A stretch of 64,000 bases of DNA from Mycoplasmatota bacterium (GTDB lineage Bacteria; Bacillota_I; Bacilli_A; MAG-NZ), in the NCBI GenBank assembly GCA_018394315.1, contig CP074575.1, positions 620,001 through 684,000 on the forward strand, read 5' to 3'. Under the pieces are notes generated by a model, which saw only the letters and a program-made list of their open reading frames with translations, was not told where the DNA came from and ran no database searches. The position numbers and the translations under genes are program-made. Every line of letters begins with the position of its first letter. The first letter of the stretch is position 1. This document shows positions 47,466 through 56,573 of the stretch, piece by piece.

Positions 47466-48416
47466 ATGGCTAGAGCACCTTTTCAGGTATTAGTAATACC
47501 TTATAAATTCACATCTGAAGGAATCAAGTATTGTATTTTTAGAAGAGAAGATGTAGAAGTTGATATGTGGCAATGGGTATCAGGAGGGGGAGAAGATACA
47601 GAATCAAGTTTAGAATCTGCAAAAAGAGAGATGAACGAAGAAACTGGAGCTATAGTTTTAGAAATTATTCCTTTAAGTTCAATGACATATATTCCAGCAT
47701 ACTTTTTTGAAGAAATGACAATGAATTATCCCGATCACATTGTAATTCCTGAGTATTCTTTTGGGGCTCTCGTTGGACAAGAGATTGAATTATCTGATGA
47801 ACACTCAGAGTATAAATGGGTTGATTATGAAACTGCAATGATTTATTTGCATTGGGATAGTAATAAAACAGCTCTATATGAACTACATATAAGACTGAGC
47901 AAATTAGAACTTTGGGATGTTTATAATAAAGATAGAAAACGAACAGGCAAGATTGTTGTTAGAGATCAATATGAGTTTTCAGGAGATGAGTATCATCTAA
48001 TCGTCATTATTTGGATTATTGATTCTAATAATAAAGTATTAGTTCAAAGAAGGTCTTATAATAAGGATTTCTTACCTGGATTAATCGCGACACATGGTGG
48101 TTCAGCAATTGCTGGAGAGGGTTCTTTAGAAAGCGCTATTAGAGAAGTAGAAGAAGAGATTGGGATCACATTAGAAGAAAACGAAATGAAACTGTTCTCT
48201 TCAAAGATTGAGAGAAATAGAATTTATGATAGCTATGTGGTGAACAAACTTATTCTTTTAGAACACTTGAAAATAGATCCTGAAGAAGTTGATTCTTGCT
48301 ATTATATGTCTATTGGCGAAATAAAAGAGAGCATCAAAGAAGGGGAGTTTTTTGATTATTTGAAGCGTCAAGGAAATGATTATTTTGACAAGATATTTTC
48401 TTCAATAAAAAAATAA
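47466..48416 (+). CDS. Tandem double NUDIX hydrolase
   Basis: Two Nudix boxes: GGGED...SAKREMNEETG and GGSAIAGE...AIREVEEEIG. Confidence 0.88.
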   Translation: MARAPFQVLVIPYKFTSEGIKYCIFRREDVEVDMWQWVSGGGEDTESSLESAKREMNEETGAIVLEIIPLSSMTYIPAYFFEEMTMNYPDHIVIPEYSFGALVGQEIELSDEHSEYKWVDYETAMIYLHWDSNKTALYELHIRLSKLELWDVYNKDRKRTGKIVVRDQYEFSGDEYHLIVIIWIIDSNNKVLVQRRSYNKDFLPGLIATHGGSAIAGEGSLESAIREVEEEIGITLEENEMKLFSSKIERNRIYDSYVVNKLILLEHLKIDPEEVDSCYYMSIGEIKESIKEGEFFDYLKRQGNDYFDKIFSSIKK

Positions 48417-48469
48417 TGAGACTCGTTTAGAGTTTCTTCTATATCGTTGATTTTGATACAAGATGTAGT

Positions 48470-48560
48470 TTAGGATTGAAAATCCATGTGTCGTCGGTTC
48501 GACTTGACTGAAGTCCGATATATTAGTTCTGATAAACAAAGGGGATATGACATCCCTTTT
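48470..48560 (+). repeat. 91-bp direct repeat, copy 2
   Basis: Matches 47303-47394 except tg/c after ttcga. Confidence 0.9.
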
Positions 48561-48679
48561 TTCTTGTAACTTTTTTATGATGATACTAAAAATGCAATGA
48601 GAGAAAATATAAAGTATAATTTATCGGGGAAATATTGATCCCTTGATGCGCGCTTCTCTGACTTAGAAAGGTTGGAGAA

Positions 48680-48955
48680 ATGAAAGGGAAAGTAGTTAGA
48701 AAAGCAATTGAGATTTATCAATTAATGGTGGTAGAAGAAAGAGCATTCTCAAAGGAGGAATTATCTGAAGAATTAAATGTATCGATAAGAACTATTCAAG
48801 ATTACTTTGGAGAAATCAATATTTACCTTTTTGACAGACATGATTATAGGCAGATTATGTATGATCGCTCTATAAAAAAAACATGTTATCAAAGCAATCT
48901 AAAAGCAGAACATATTTTCTGCTTTTCTTCTAACTGGAAGGATAAGTTATATTAA
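48680..48955 (+). CDS. Small winged-HTH protein, copy 1 (C-terminus frameshifted by one extra A)
   Basis: Near-identical to 60315 and 62681; poly-A at about 48864 is one base longer. Confidence 0.75.
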   Translation: MKGKVVRKAIEIYQLMVVEERAFSKEELSEELNVSIRTIQDYFGEINIYLFDRHDYRQIMYDRSIKKTCYQSNLKAEHIFCFSSNWKDKLY

Positions 48956-49288
48956 GGTGATCCCTGTAATATCTATAAATAGTGAAGCCGGATACTCCAG
49001 TGATTTTGTGACACAGTTTTACTAATACCTATGTATGCTATAATTATTATATAAATGAAGTGATCTTTAGGAGGTAATTCCATGTTTGTTAAAGTTTTCT
49101 CGTACGATATACTTCGTTTGGCATTTGAGTCAATTTATGACTCTTTTTTTATATAATATTCGTATGCTATAATATTCATAATGTAAGTGAAGATGAACTT
49201 GAGAAAGATTTATTTAGTTTTCATAAAAGACCACTTGTTATAGAGTGAATATATAGAGTTATAGTAAATTATAAGTGGAGGGATAATA

Positions 49289-49978
49289 ATGAATGAATAT
49301 GTTAAGGTTAGTAATCAGAGTCTCTTTGATAAACACATTTATGAAAAAGGATTAGGAGTTGTAGAAGAAGTAGCAATGAGTCTAAAGGTTATGTCAGAGG
49401 CTGAATATATCACCAGCGACGATATTATAGGATTTATTAGATACGATAAGTTTCTAAGAGAAAAATTGTATAAATATTTATCTGTTACTGAAGAGTTTCT
49501 ACGTAATGAACTGTATAAAAATCTTGAATATAATGGTTCCAGAACAATTATGTATACAAAAGATTATAAGTCTTCAGATTTTAAAGTAAATGAAGATAAT
49601 TCATATGGATACAATTTCTTTAAAAAAGCTAAAATGCTTTTTTCTGTAATCATAGATTTATATACTCATTTTGAAGGACAATTACTTATGTCATTTAAGT
49701 TCTCTTTAGAAGACATCAAAAACATAGGAAATCTTAGAAATCTTGTGATGCATCATAGCTTACTAGTTATAAATCAGAACTCTACAGAAATAACTAAAGA
49801 TTCCATTGGTGATAGAGTTATGCTAGTGTTAAAATATCTGATGTCACTAATATATGTGATACCTAATGAGTATCGCAAAGGATTAATTACTGATATAAAT
49901 AAGGCTAATTTGGATAAGGGCGTTTACGGTTCAAAATCGAAATATATATACATTGAATTTATTGAAGGGGGATATTAA
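49289..49978 (+). CDS. Abi-like (AbiD/AbiF-type) HEPN protein
   Basis: YDKFLREKLYKYLSVTEEFLRN helix and RNLVMH (RxxxxH) motif. Confidence 0.7.
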   Translation: MNEYVKVSNQSLFDKHIYEKGLGVVEEVAMSLKVMSEAEYITSDDIIGFIRYDKFLREKLYKYLSVTEEFLRNELYKNLEYNGSRTIMYTKDYKSSDFKVNEDNSYGYNFFKKAKMLFSVIIDLYTHFEGQLLMSFKFSLEDIKNIGNLRNLVMHHSLLVINQNSTEITKDSIGDRVMLVLKYLMSLIYVIPNEYRKGLITDINKANLDKGVYGSKSKYIYIEFIEGGY

Positions 49979-50580
49979 TGGAGTATAAGAAGAAAATAGA
50001 TACAAAAGAGTATCGTACATTGTTTTTTGAAGCTTATAAGTATGTGAACTCTGTGATAGATGATTATAGTTTCTACTTTAGATTGATTGGTAGTGCAAAA
50101 AGGAACTTGGTTCTTGATAAACCCAACAAAGGATTTGATTTTGATTATCAGATTATTTTCTATCAATCACTAGTTGGAGAAGGATCGGATAAGCTGATAG
50201 AAATAAAGGATAGATTTAGACATGCCTTTGATGATTTCTTTGTAGAAAAAGGTTATGAATATGGTGAGGATTCAACCTCCGCTATAACTATAAAGATGTT
50301 AGATGGAGATAAAATATATCATTCATATGACGTTACTCTAATGACTCCTAATAGTGTAGATAAACTTTGCATCTTCAAATACAATGACAATGAAAAGACT
50401 GAAATGGGTCTGAATGAAATGAGAAAATCTGCTATGTTTAAGGAAAAATATAAGAAGATTAAAGGTGCTCAAAAATGGAAAGAGTTAAGAGATGAGTATA
50501 AAATAAGGCAAGAAGAATGGAATGGAGAAAGGAAATCCTTCTCTATATTAATGAGTGTAGTTAACGATATGAAGTTATAA
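49978..50580 (+). CDS. cGAS/CD-NTase-like nucleotidyltransferase
   Basis: LIGSAKRN...FDFDY...SAITIK...SYDVT catalytic triad pattern; TAATG coupling to upstream gene. Confidence 0.65.
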   Translation: MEYKKKIDTKEYRTLFFEAYKYVNSVIDDYSFYFRLIGSAKRNLVLDKPNKGFDFDYQIIFYQSLVGEGSDKLIEIKDRFRHAFDDFFVEKGYEYGEDSTSAITIKMLDGDKIYHSYDVTLMTPNSVDKLCIFKYNDNEKTEMGLNEMRKSAMFKEKYKKIKGAQKWKELRDEYKIRQEEWNGERKSFSILMSVVNDMKL

Positions 50581-50593
50581 TGGGGGGCGTACT

Positions 50594-51598
50594 ATGCTGT
50601 ATGATAAGGTCGAAATAGGTAAAAGACTCAAAGAGTTGAGAGAAGAATCCAACATAACTCAAGATGAAGCGGCAAAACTCATAAATATATCAAACAGAAC
50701 TTTAAGTGATTGGGAAAAAGGTAAAACAGATTTCTCCATTCAGAGATTAAAAGAAATATCTGATGCCTTCAACATTAGTATTAACTATTTCATACCATTT
50801 GAGTATGAAGATTTTGATGTTGATGAAATAATATTAAAATCATTGGATTTTGGTATAAAGAAATATGGGTTACTTACTTGTGTTGTAATCTTTATTACTT
50901 TTTATCTTAATATATTTTTTCAATCAACAGTCTTAAATACAGTCATCATAATTGAGTTTATTTTATTTTGTTGCTATATTATCATTTTAATAATGAGAAG
51001 GTTAACATCTAGAAGAATCATAAAAAAGTATTCTAGAAAGAACAGTTTGATTTATCAATCTTTTTACTCAGATAAAGAACTAAGAAACCTTCATAAAGAC
51101 ACTGTAGGTTTAATTGTTTTGTCAATCTTCATCTCGCTATTTTCTGCAACTTGTATAATAGGATTTTACTTCTCCGAAACGATAGGAAGTTATCTAGATA
51201 CTATTATTGTGTTTTTATTAATCTTAGTTTTTGTATGGGGATTAATTCTCTTAGGATTCTTCATAAAGACAAAACCATTAAAACCTATATTAGATTACTT
51301 TAGAGAAAATCAAGTAATTACAGTAGTTATATTGAACGCTTATATTGTCTTAATATCAATACTGTTTATGTATGGGTTAGTCTTAAATACTTATGTTCAA
51401 ACCGAAGTTCCTAAATGGGTTGTCATTACTATATATACATATCTGCTCATTGATATACTTTTTCTTTTAACAACTAGTTATATAGTTCAGAAGTATTATC
51501 ATAAACTTGATATTATTTCAGTAAATCCAAAAACGAACCAATTGAAAATCTTGTTTTCAGCTAATGAAAAGATTCCGGAAATGCCGGAACATCACTAA
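50594..51598 (+). CDS. XRE-family HTH protein with multi-TM C-terminus
   Basis: IGKRLKELREESNITQ...SNRTLSDWEKG plus about 6 hydrophobic segments. Confidence 0.8.
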   Translation: MLYDKVEIGKRLKELREESNITQDEAAKLINISNRTLSDWEKGKTDFSIQRLKEISDAFNISINYFIPFEYEDFDVDEIILKSLDFGIKKYGLLTCVVIFITFYLNIFFQSTVLNTVIIIEFILFCCYIIILIMRRLTSRRIIKKYSRKNSLIYQSFYSDKELRNLHKDTVGLIVLSIFISLFSATCIIGFYFSETIGSYLDTIIVFLLILVFVWGLILLGFFIKTKPLKPILDYFRENQVITVVILNAYIVLISILFMYGLVLNTYVQTEVPKWVVITIYTYLLIDILFLLTTSYIVQKYYHKLDIISVNPKTNQLKILFSANEKIPEMPEHH

Positions 51599-51652
51599 CC
51601 CCATTGAAATCCTGCTTACATAGTTGTAAATTAACTATGAGGAGGTGATTTC

Positions 51653-51820
51653 ATGAAGAAATCAATAGGAACAATCGTTGGAGTAATTTTAGTTATAATA
51701 ATACTGCAATTTGTAACAGTGGATGAAATGATTGTTGGGGTATTAAGTGGTTTTTTCTGGGTATTTGAAAAATCAGTTATAGTTATACATGAAATTTTTA
51801 CATTTGTGTTAGGACTTTAA
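51653..51820 (+). CDS. Small hydrophobic protein (55 aa, not in ORF track)
   Basis: ggaggtg RBS; MKKSIGTIVGVILVIIILQF...; terminator-like hairpin follows. Confidence 0.6.
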   Translation: MKKSIGTIVGVILVIIILQFVTVDEMIVGVLSGFFWVFEKSVIVIHEIFTFVLGL

Positions 51821-52356
51821 GTCATCTAAAAAATCGGAAGTTATCTTAGACTTCTTTTTTAACGAATTTTATATGACTAAATATGCCAGGTTACTTTTTT
51901 GATACCCTTTGATATCTTTAGGTGTAGAAATAGCACCGAAAGGAGAGAATATGTATGTTACAAGTTTGAATAATGGTATTGTGACAGTAATCCAAACATC
52001 AGATAATACATGTAGACACTTCAATATATGTCTTTTAGGTCTCCAACATCGATGTTCTATCTATATAACATTAAAAGCCTCTATAATGAGGCTTTATTTT
52101 TATAAATCTATCTTTATAGACGAAAAGTCATTCAAAATGACTTTTCTATGGGTTTTTAGAAAAAAGTGTATCTAAATTGATTATGAAAAAGGAATATTGG
52201 ATAAATGTTTATTTTTTTCTTTTACCAGGAAGATAGGCTTCCGACTGTTTTGACTTTCTAAGAATTGTCAAATAGTTTATAAAAATTGATTGATATGCTA
52301 ATCTAGCATCCTAAAAATACATCTTATAGATGCTGATTTTGAAATATGTGATACAC

Positions 52357-53568
52357 TTATAGCGTAAAGAGTGTATCGTTTTTACATAAAGAGAAAATAA
52401 TCCTGATTAGTTTAGTGGTTGCGGCTACAACACTTTCTTTTTCAGTTTTAGTTTCTTTTTTCTTTATATAATAAAGTAGAATAGGATGATTTCGGTAGTT
52501 ATTATATGAACTGATTGTAATATTTTTAATAGATGTGTAAAGTATTTTCCGAGCTGCACTATTACCAGCTTTAGATATTTTACCGTTAACTAAACTATTA
52601 CCTGATTGATAAATAGTTGGCTCTAATCCACAATAAGCATTGATTTGCTTGTAACTGTTAAATCTAGAAATGTCTTTCAACTCAGCTATTAATTGAGAAG
52701 TTCGTAGTTCTCCTAATCCTGGGATGGAATTTATATTAGGAAAGAACCGTGTTGTTTTAGCAAGTTCAATAAGTTCGTCATTAACTATTCCTTGTTCTTT
52801 TTGTAGGGTTTTTACTATCCTTATTGTACATCGCAAGTTCTGAGTTTCAGTACTGTCTTTGTGAACTCCAGGATACGAGTTTTTAGAATGTTCTTTCATT
52901 GATTTTGCTTCGCTTCTTAGTCTATTCAAATAGTTTCTCTTGAAAGATGAATTTAAGTTGTTAGCTAATCTGTCAACTCTAGTGGAAGCGATTATTTCAC
53001 TATGAGGAAATTCGTAGTAAAAGTTAAGCATCTTTGCGGTGTATTTCTTATGTTTATCCTTGTTACTATCAGTAGTTACATAGAAAGACTCATGTTCAGG
53101 TATGCAAATATCTAGCAACCTTACATATCTATTTTTCATAGCTGTTAGTGACTTTTCTAGAGCTAGATACTGTCTGTTGAGTGTAGTTAAATTATCGTAA
53201 ATATTCAGCGATTTCAAAGCATTACTTTTAATGTCCTCCTTAAAATAACAATTAGCAATTTTAAAACAATCTTCCTTATCGGTTTTAGTCTTTCTAAATG
53301 AAGTATCACTCTTTTTAACAAGATTGGGATTAATAATGATTACACTATACTTGTATTCATCGAAGAATCTTTCTACTGGATAATGATAACTACTTGTTGA
53401 TTCCATAATTACTGTTAACTTTTCTTTCAACCTTCTTTCGTTAATTATTTGATCTAGTTGTTTAAAGTTACTTAATGTATGTTTATATTCAGTGGGTTCT
53501 AGTAAAATTTCTCCATGAACTGATTGAATATAAAAAACACTTTTCCCCTTAGCTATATCTATAGCCAT
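52357..53568 (-). CDS. IS110 family transposase/recombinase (may start at ATT 53589)
   Basis: DEDD residues in AIDIAK, MESTS, KTDKED; SIPGLG, YCGLEP..YQSG, ISKAGN. Confidence 0.93.
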   Translation of the reverse strand: MAIDIAKGKSVFYIQSVHGEILLEPTEYKHTLSNFKQLDQIINERRLKEKLTVIMESTSSYHYPVERFFDEYKYSVIIINPNLVKKSDTSFRKTKTDKEDCFKIANCYFKEDIKSNALKSLNIYDNLTTLNRQYLALEKSLTAMKNRYVRLLDICIPEHESFYVTTDSNKDKHKKYTAKMLNFYYEFPHSEIIASTRVDRLANNLNSSFKRNYLNRLRSEAKSMKEHSKNSYPGVHKDSTETQNLRCTIRIVKTLQKEQGIVNDELIELAKTTRFFPNINSIPGLGELRTSQLIAELKDISRFNSYKQINAYCGLEPTIYQSGNSLVNGKISKAGNSAARKILYTSIKNITISSYNNYRNHPILLYYIKKKETKTEKESVVAATTKLIRIIFSLCKNDTLFTL

Positions 53569-53609
53569 TACATATTCTGTTTTATCAATAATACTTACCT
53601 CTCTTTCTG

Positions 53610-53800
53610 CTTAAGCTTATACTGATTCCATTTTCCAATCACGCATGTTAAATGAGTTCTAGACCCCGCTTTCTTAACCGAAACAATAAAAGAAGTATAA
53701 GCAAGTCTCTCAAACCATTGAGTTCTAGTGACCCCTGTTATAATACGACTTTACTTAAACTAAATTAAACAAATATGATCAATATCTGTTTAATTGATTA
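53610..53800 (-). ncRNA. Candidate IS110 bridge RNA; ends approximate
   Basis: Two internal loops capped by near-identical ggggt(ca)ctagaactc hairpins; loop segments match the reconstructed target and donor sites. Confidence 0.75.
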
Positions 53801-53915
53801 TAAACCCAAGATAACAAAAAAAGATACTAGGTTTATACCTAATATCTTACGTGATATAATGTGTTGAAGTATTATAAGTAAATAGATGTAAAAAAGACTT
53901 ATTTATTGTTCCTAC

Positions 53916-53937
53916 GGGGTTCGAATCCCTTTTTCTC
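53916..53937 (+). repeat. Degenerate tRNA-Ser 3' att copy
   Basis: ggggttcgaatcccttttt ctc; preceded by the same end sequence as the other att copies. Confidence 0.8.
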
Positions 53938-54033
53938 TATGTTGATTCCGGCCGAGATATATGTTCTTTAAAAATTGCGGAGAATGATATATACTATTAA
54001 TAGTATACAAATTTATTGTGAGGAGGAATTGAA

Positions 54034-54657
54034 TTGTTAATCAAGTTCATCAAAGGAATTGGATTAATAGTCGGATTCGTGGGATTGCTCTATATTTTAT
54101 GGAATACATTACTCGGTTCTGGAATCATTGAGCGCGAGGTCACAGAGACAATGTATCAAGAAGAAACTGGAGTAATGAGAACATTTCTTTCAAATGGGTA
54201 TCAGTTAGGAGCTGATGAAGTAGCACATAGACTACATAAGACCGATAATTACGTTTTATTTGAAGACGTTACTTACGGATACTTACTGTTTGATTTTAAC
54301 GAAAATGAGGTTGGTTCATTTTGTGTGACACCAGAGGTGGATGGATATCAAAAGTCCTTCCACATAATATATGATTATGAAAATGATATCATTTCATTAG
54401 TTTATAAACAGATAGATAATGAGGGGGTTTATGAACTAGATGTTTTTCATACATTTCAAGATGAACTCATCAAAGTTAATAAAAATAATTTAAATGAAGA
54501 ATACAAACTCTACTCAGCTCATGAGATTGGATCAATGATGGCTAATTATAAAAATAATTTTCTCAATGAAATTGAGTATTTAGGAGTGTCCTTACAAGAG
54601 TTAATACAAGCAGAAATTACCGTAACTGAGACAGTTAAGTATGGTAAAGAGGAATGA
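54034..54657 (+). CDS. Hypothetical membrane-anchored protein
   Basis: gaggagg RBS, TTG start, N-terminal TM. Confidence 0.65.
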   Translation: MLIKFIKGIGLIVGFVGLLYILWNTLLGSGIIEREVTETMYQEETGVMRTFLSNGYQLGADEVAHRLHKTDNYVLFEDVTYGYLLFDFNENEVGSFCVTPEVDGYQKSFHIIYDYENDIISLVYKQIDNEGVYELDVFHTFQDELIKVNKNNLNEEYKLYSAHEIGSMMANYKNNFLNEIEYLGVSLQELIQAEITVTETVKYGKEE

Positions 54658-55149
54658 AATAGGATTATACATGAATTTATAGTAGGGGATATGACATCCC
54701 TTGTTATAGATATGCAGATAGGACATTGAGTCCCTTTTGTTTTGCTATTATTTGTTGATATCGAATGGGAGAAGTAAAAATAATCTAGAAACCGGATTAT
54801 TTTTTTGGAAAGTAAGAATCTGTCCCCCTAAAAAGTATAATAGATGTATGGGGATGAAAATCACCCTAGGCGGGTCTTTGAAAAGTTGATAATGAAATAG
54901 GTCGAAAATTGGCTGACGAGGGTTCGACTCCCGTATACTGTTCTAGATCATATTCCATATATTGAATAGATTTATGATGAGAGGGACATGACCTCCCTCA
55001 TTATATTTATACAGAGGACATTGATTCCCTTTTCATGTCTCTCTTGATAAAATAAATTACTAGGAACTAGTCAAAGGGACAATGAATTTCCTTTTCTTTA
55101 TTGTAATTTGTGGTTTTATGGTAAGATGTTATTAAATAGAGGTGAGCGT

Positions 55150-56322
55150 ATGTATGATAAGATGTTTCAGTCATTAGCTAAAGAATTAGATACCCTTGAA
55201 TCTCATAATATTTTCTTCAATACGTTCAATATTTTTGAAACATTGGGCGTTGTTAACGCCGAAATAAGGCATAGTAATGTTTTGGCGTGGTTACTTGATA
55301 GCTCTGAAACACATGGGTTAGAGGAAGTCTTCGTCAAGTTACTTTTGAATGACTTTGCTAATGTATATGATTATAAATTTTTAGCACAAGGAATAGCTTT
55401 CTCAGGTTTCGAAGTGAGGAGAGAGTGGAAAAACATCGACCTTCTCTTGATATCTCAGAGAGATAAAGTCGTTCTTACAATCGAAAATAAGATTTGGAGT
55501 TCTGAGTTTGATCATCAACTTGAGAAATATAAACGCATAGTAAATCAGAATTTCGGAGAGTATAAAAAAATATTTGTATTTTTATCTCCATTCGGTACTC
55601 CACCAAGTGATATGGATTATTGGTTAATATATGATTACTCCAGAGTTTTGGTAATATTGGAGGAATTGATTGAGAATAACAGAATCAATGTCTCTGATGA
55701 TGTTAGAATGTTTATTTTACATTATATAGAGAATCTTAGGAGGAATATCGTGGGAGATGAGAAATTAAGAGAACAATGTATAGAGATATACAGCAAACAT
55801 AAAAGAGCAATAGATCTGATAATTGATAATTTGCCTAATAATAGAAATGTGATTCAAAGGATAATCAATAACTATCTCTCTAACAGAGCTAATGTAGTTA
55901 AAGATGATTCAGGAAAGACTCGTATCAGGTTTACTACAAGAGTTTTGGATGGTCTAGTTCCTGCGGATGGAAGTGGCTGGACAAAGACTGGGAGGATTTT
56001 TTTGTTTGAGATTGAGAACTTCGAGCATCATGTGAAATTGAAAACTGTAGTGGGTCCTTCTTTGACTGGAAGTAGAGATATTCTACATGAATATATATGT
56101 AATAATAAAGCTAGTGGTCTCTTTCAAGATGCTGACTTAGAAGAGCAATCTGGAAAAAAATGGTCTCATGTAAACGGAATAGAATTAATAGACAGAAGTC
56201 CGACTGATATTTATGATGAAGGCTTACTAGAAAATATAATTATAACTAAATTAGATGTTGCTTTTGATGAATATATTCTTAAAGTGGAAAAGATGATATC
56301 TAGGTTTTACAAAAATGAATAG
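55150..56322 (+). CDS. PD-(D/E)XK nuclease superfamily protein (PDDEXK_4-like)
   Basis: EIRHSNVLAWLLD...HGL, RE...IDLL, IENK...QLEKY. Confidence 0.82.
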   Translation: MYDKMFQSLAKELDTLESHNIFFNTFNIFETLGVVNAEIRHSNVLAWLLDSSETHGLEEVFVKLLLNDFANVYDYKFLAQGIAFSGFEVRREWKNIDLLLISQRDKVVLTIENKIWSSEFDHQLEKYKRIVNQNFGEYKKIFVFLSPFGTPPSDMDYWLIYDYSRVLVILEELIENNRINVSDDVRMFILHYIENLRRNIVGDEKLREQCIEIYSKHKRAIDLIIDNLPNNRNVIQRIINNYLSNRANVVKDDSGKTRIRFTTRVLDGLVPADGSGWTKTGRIFLFEIENFEHHVKLKTVVGPSLTGSRDILHEYICNNKASGLFQDADLEEQSGKKWSHVNGIELIDRSPTDIYDEGLLENIIITKLDVAFDEYILKVEKMISRFYKNE

Positions 56323-56573
56323 ATTTGACTAACACATTTGATACCAAACTGGGTCTTATAGGGTTGTTGAATGCAATCTATGAAAAGAATGAACATAACA
56401 GGAAAGTTGCAAAACAAGGGTTAGAAACAATTACGTTTCAGAACTGTTAGAAAGGTTTGAGCTTGATTTTTTTGAATGAGGAGTAATTGCTACCGGCCAG
56501 TCGGATGCTGTACCTATACTCATTCTAAAAAATTAAATTTACCTACTAAAATAACTAATTGAAGGAGGAAAAC

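Larger units (their letters stand above)
52251..53854 (-). mobile_element. IS110-family insertion sequence, bounded by duplicated TGA (TCA in element orientation)
   Basis: Removing 1601 bp restores the repeat seen uninterrupted at about 60581-60605 and 62947-62970; no terminal inverted repeats. Confidence 0.85.

Noticed and set aside
52245..53847. Alternative IS110 boundaries using a duplicated CT core
   Set aside because: Also in register, but gives no 17-bp junction promoter and does not match the loop guides; the TGA/TCA core does both
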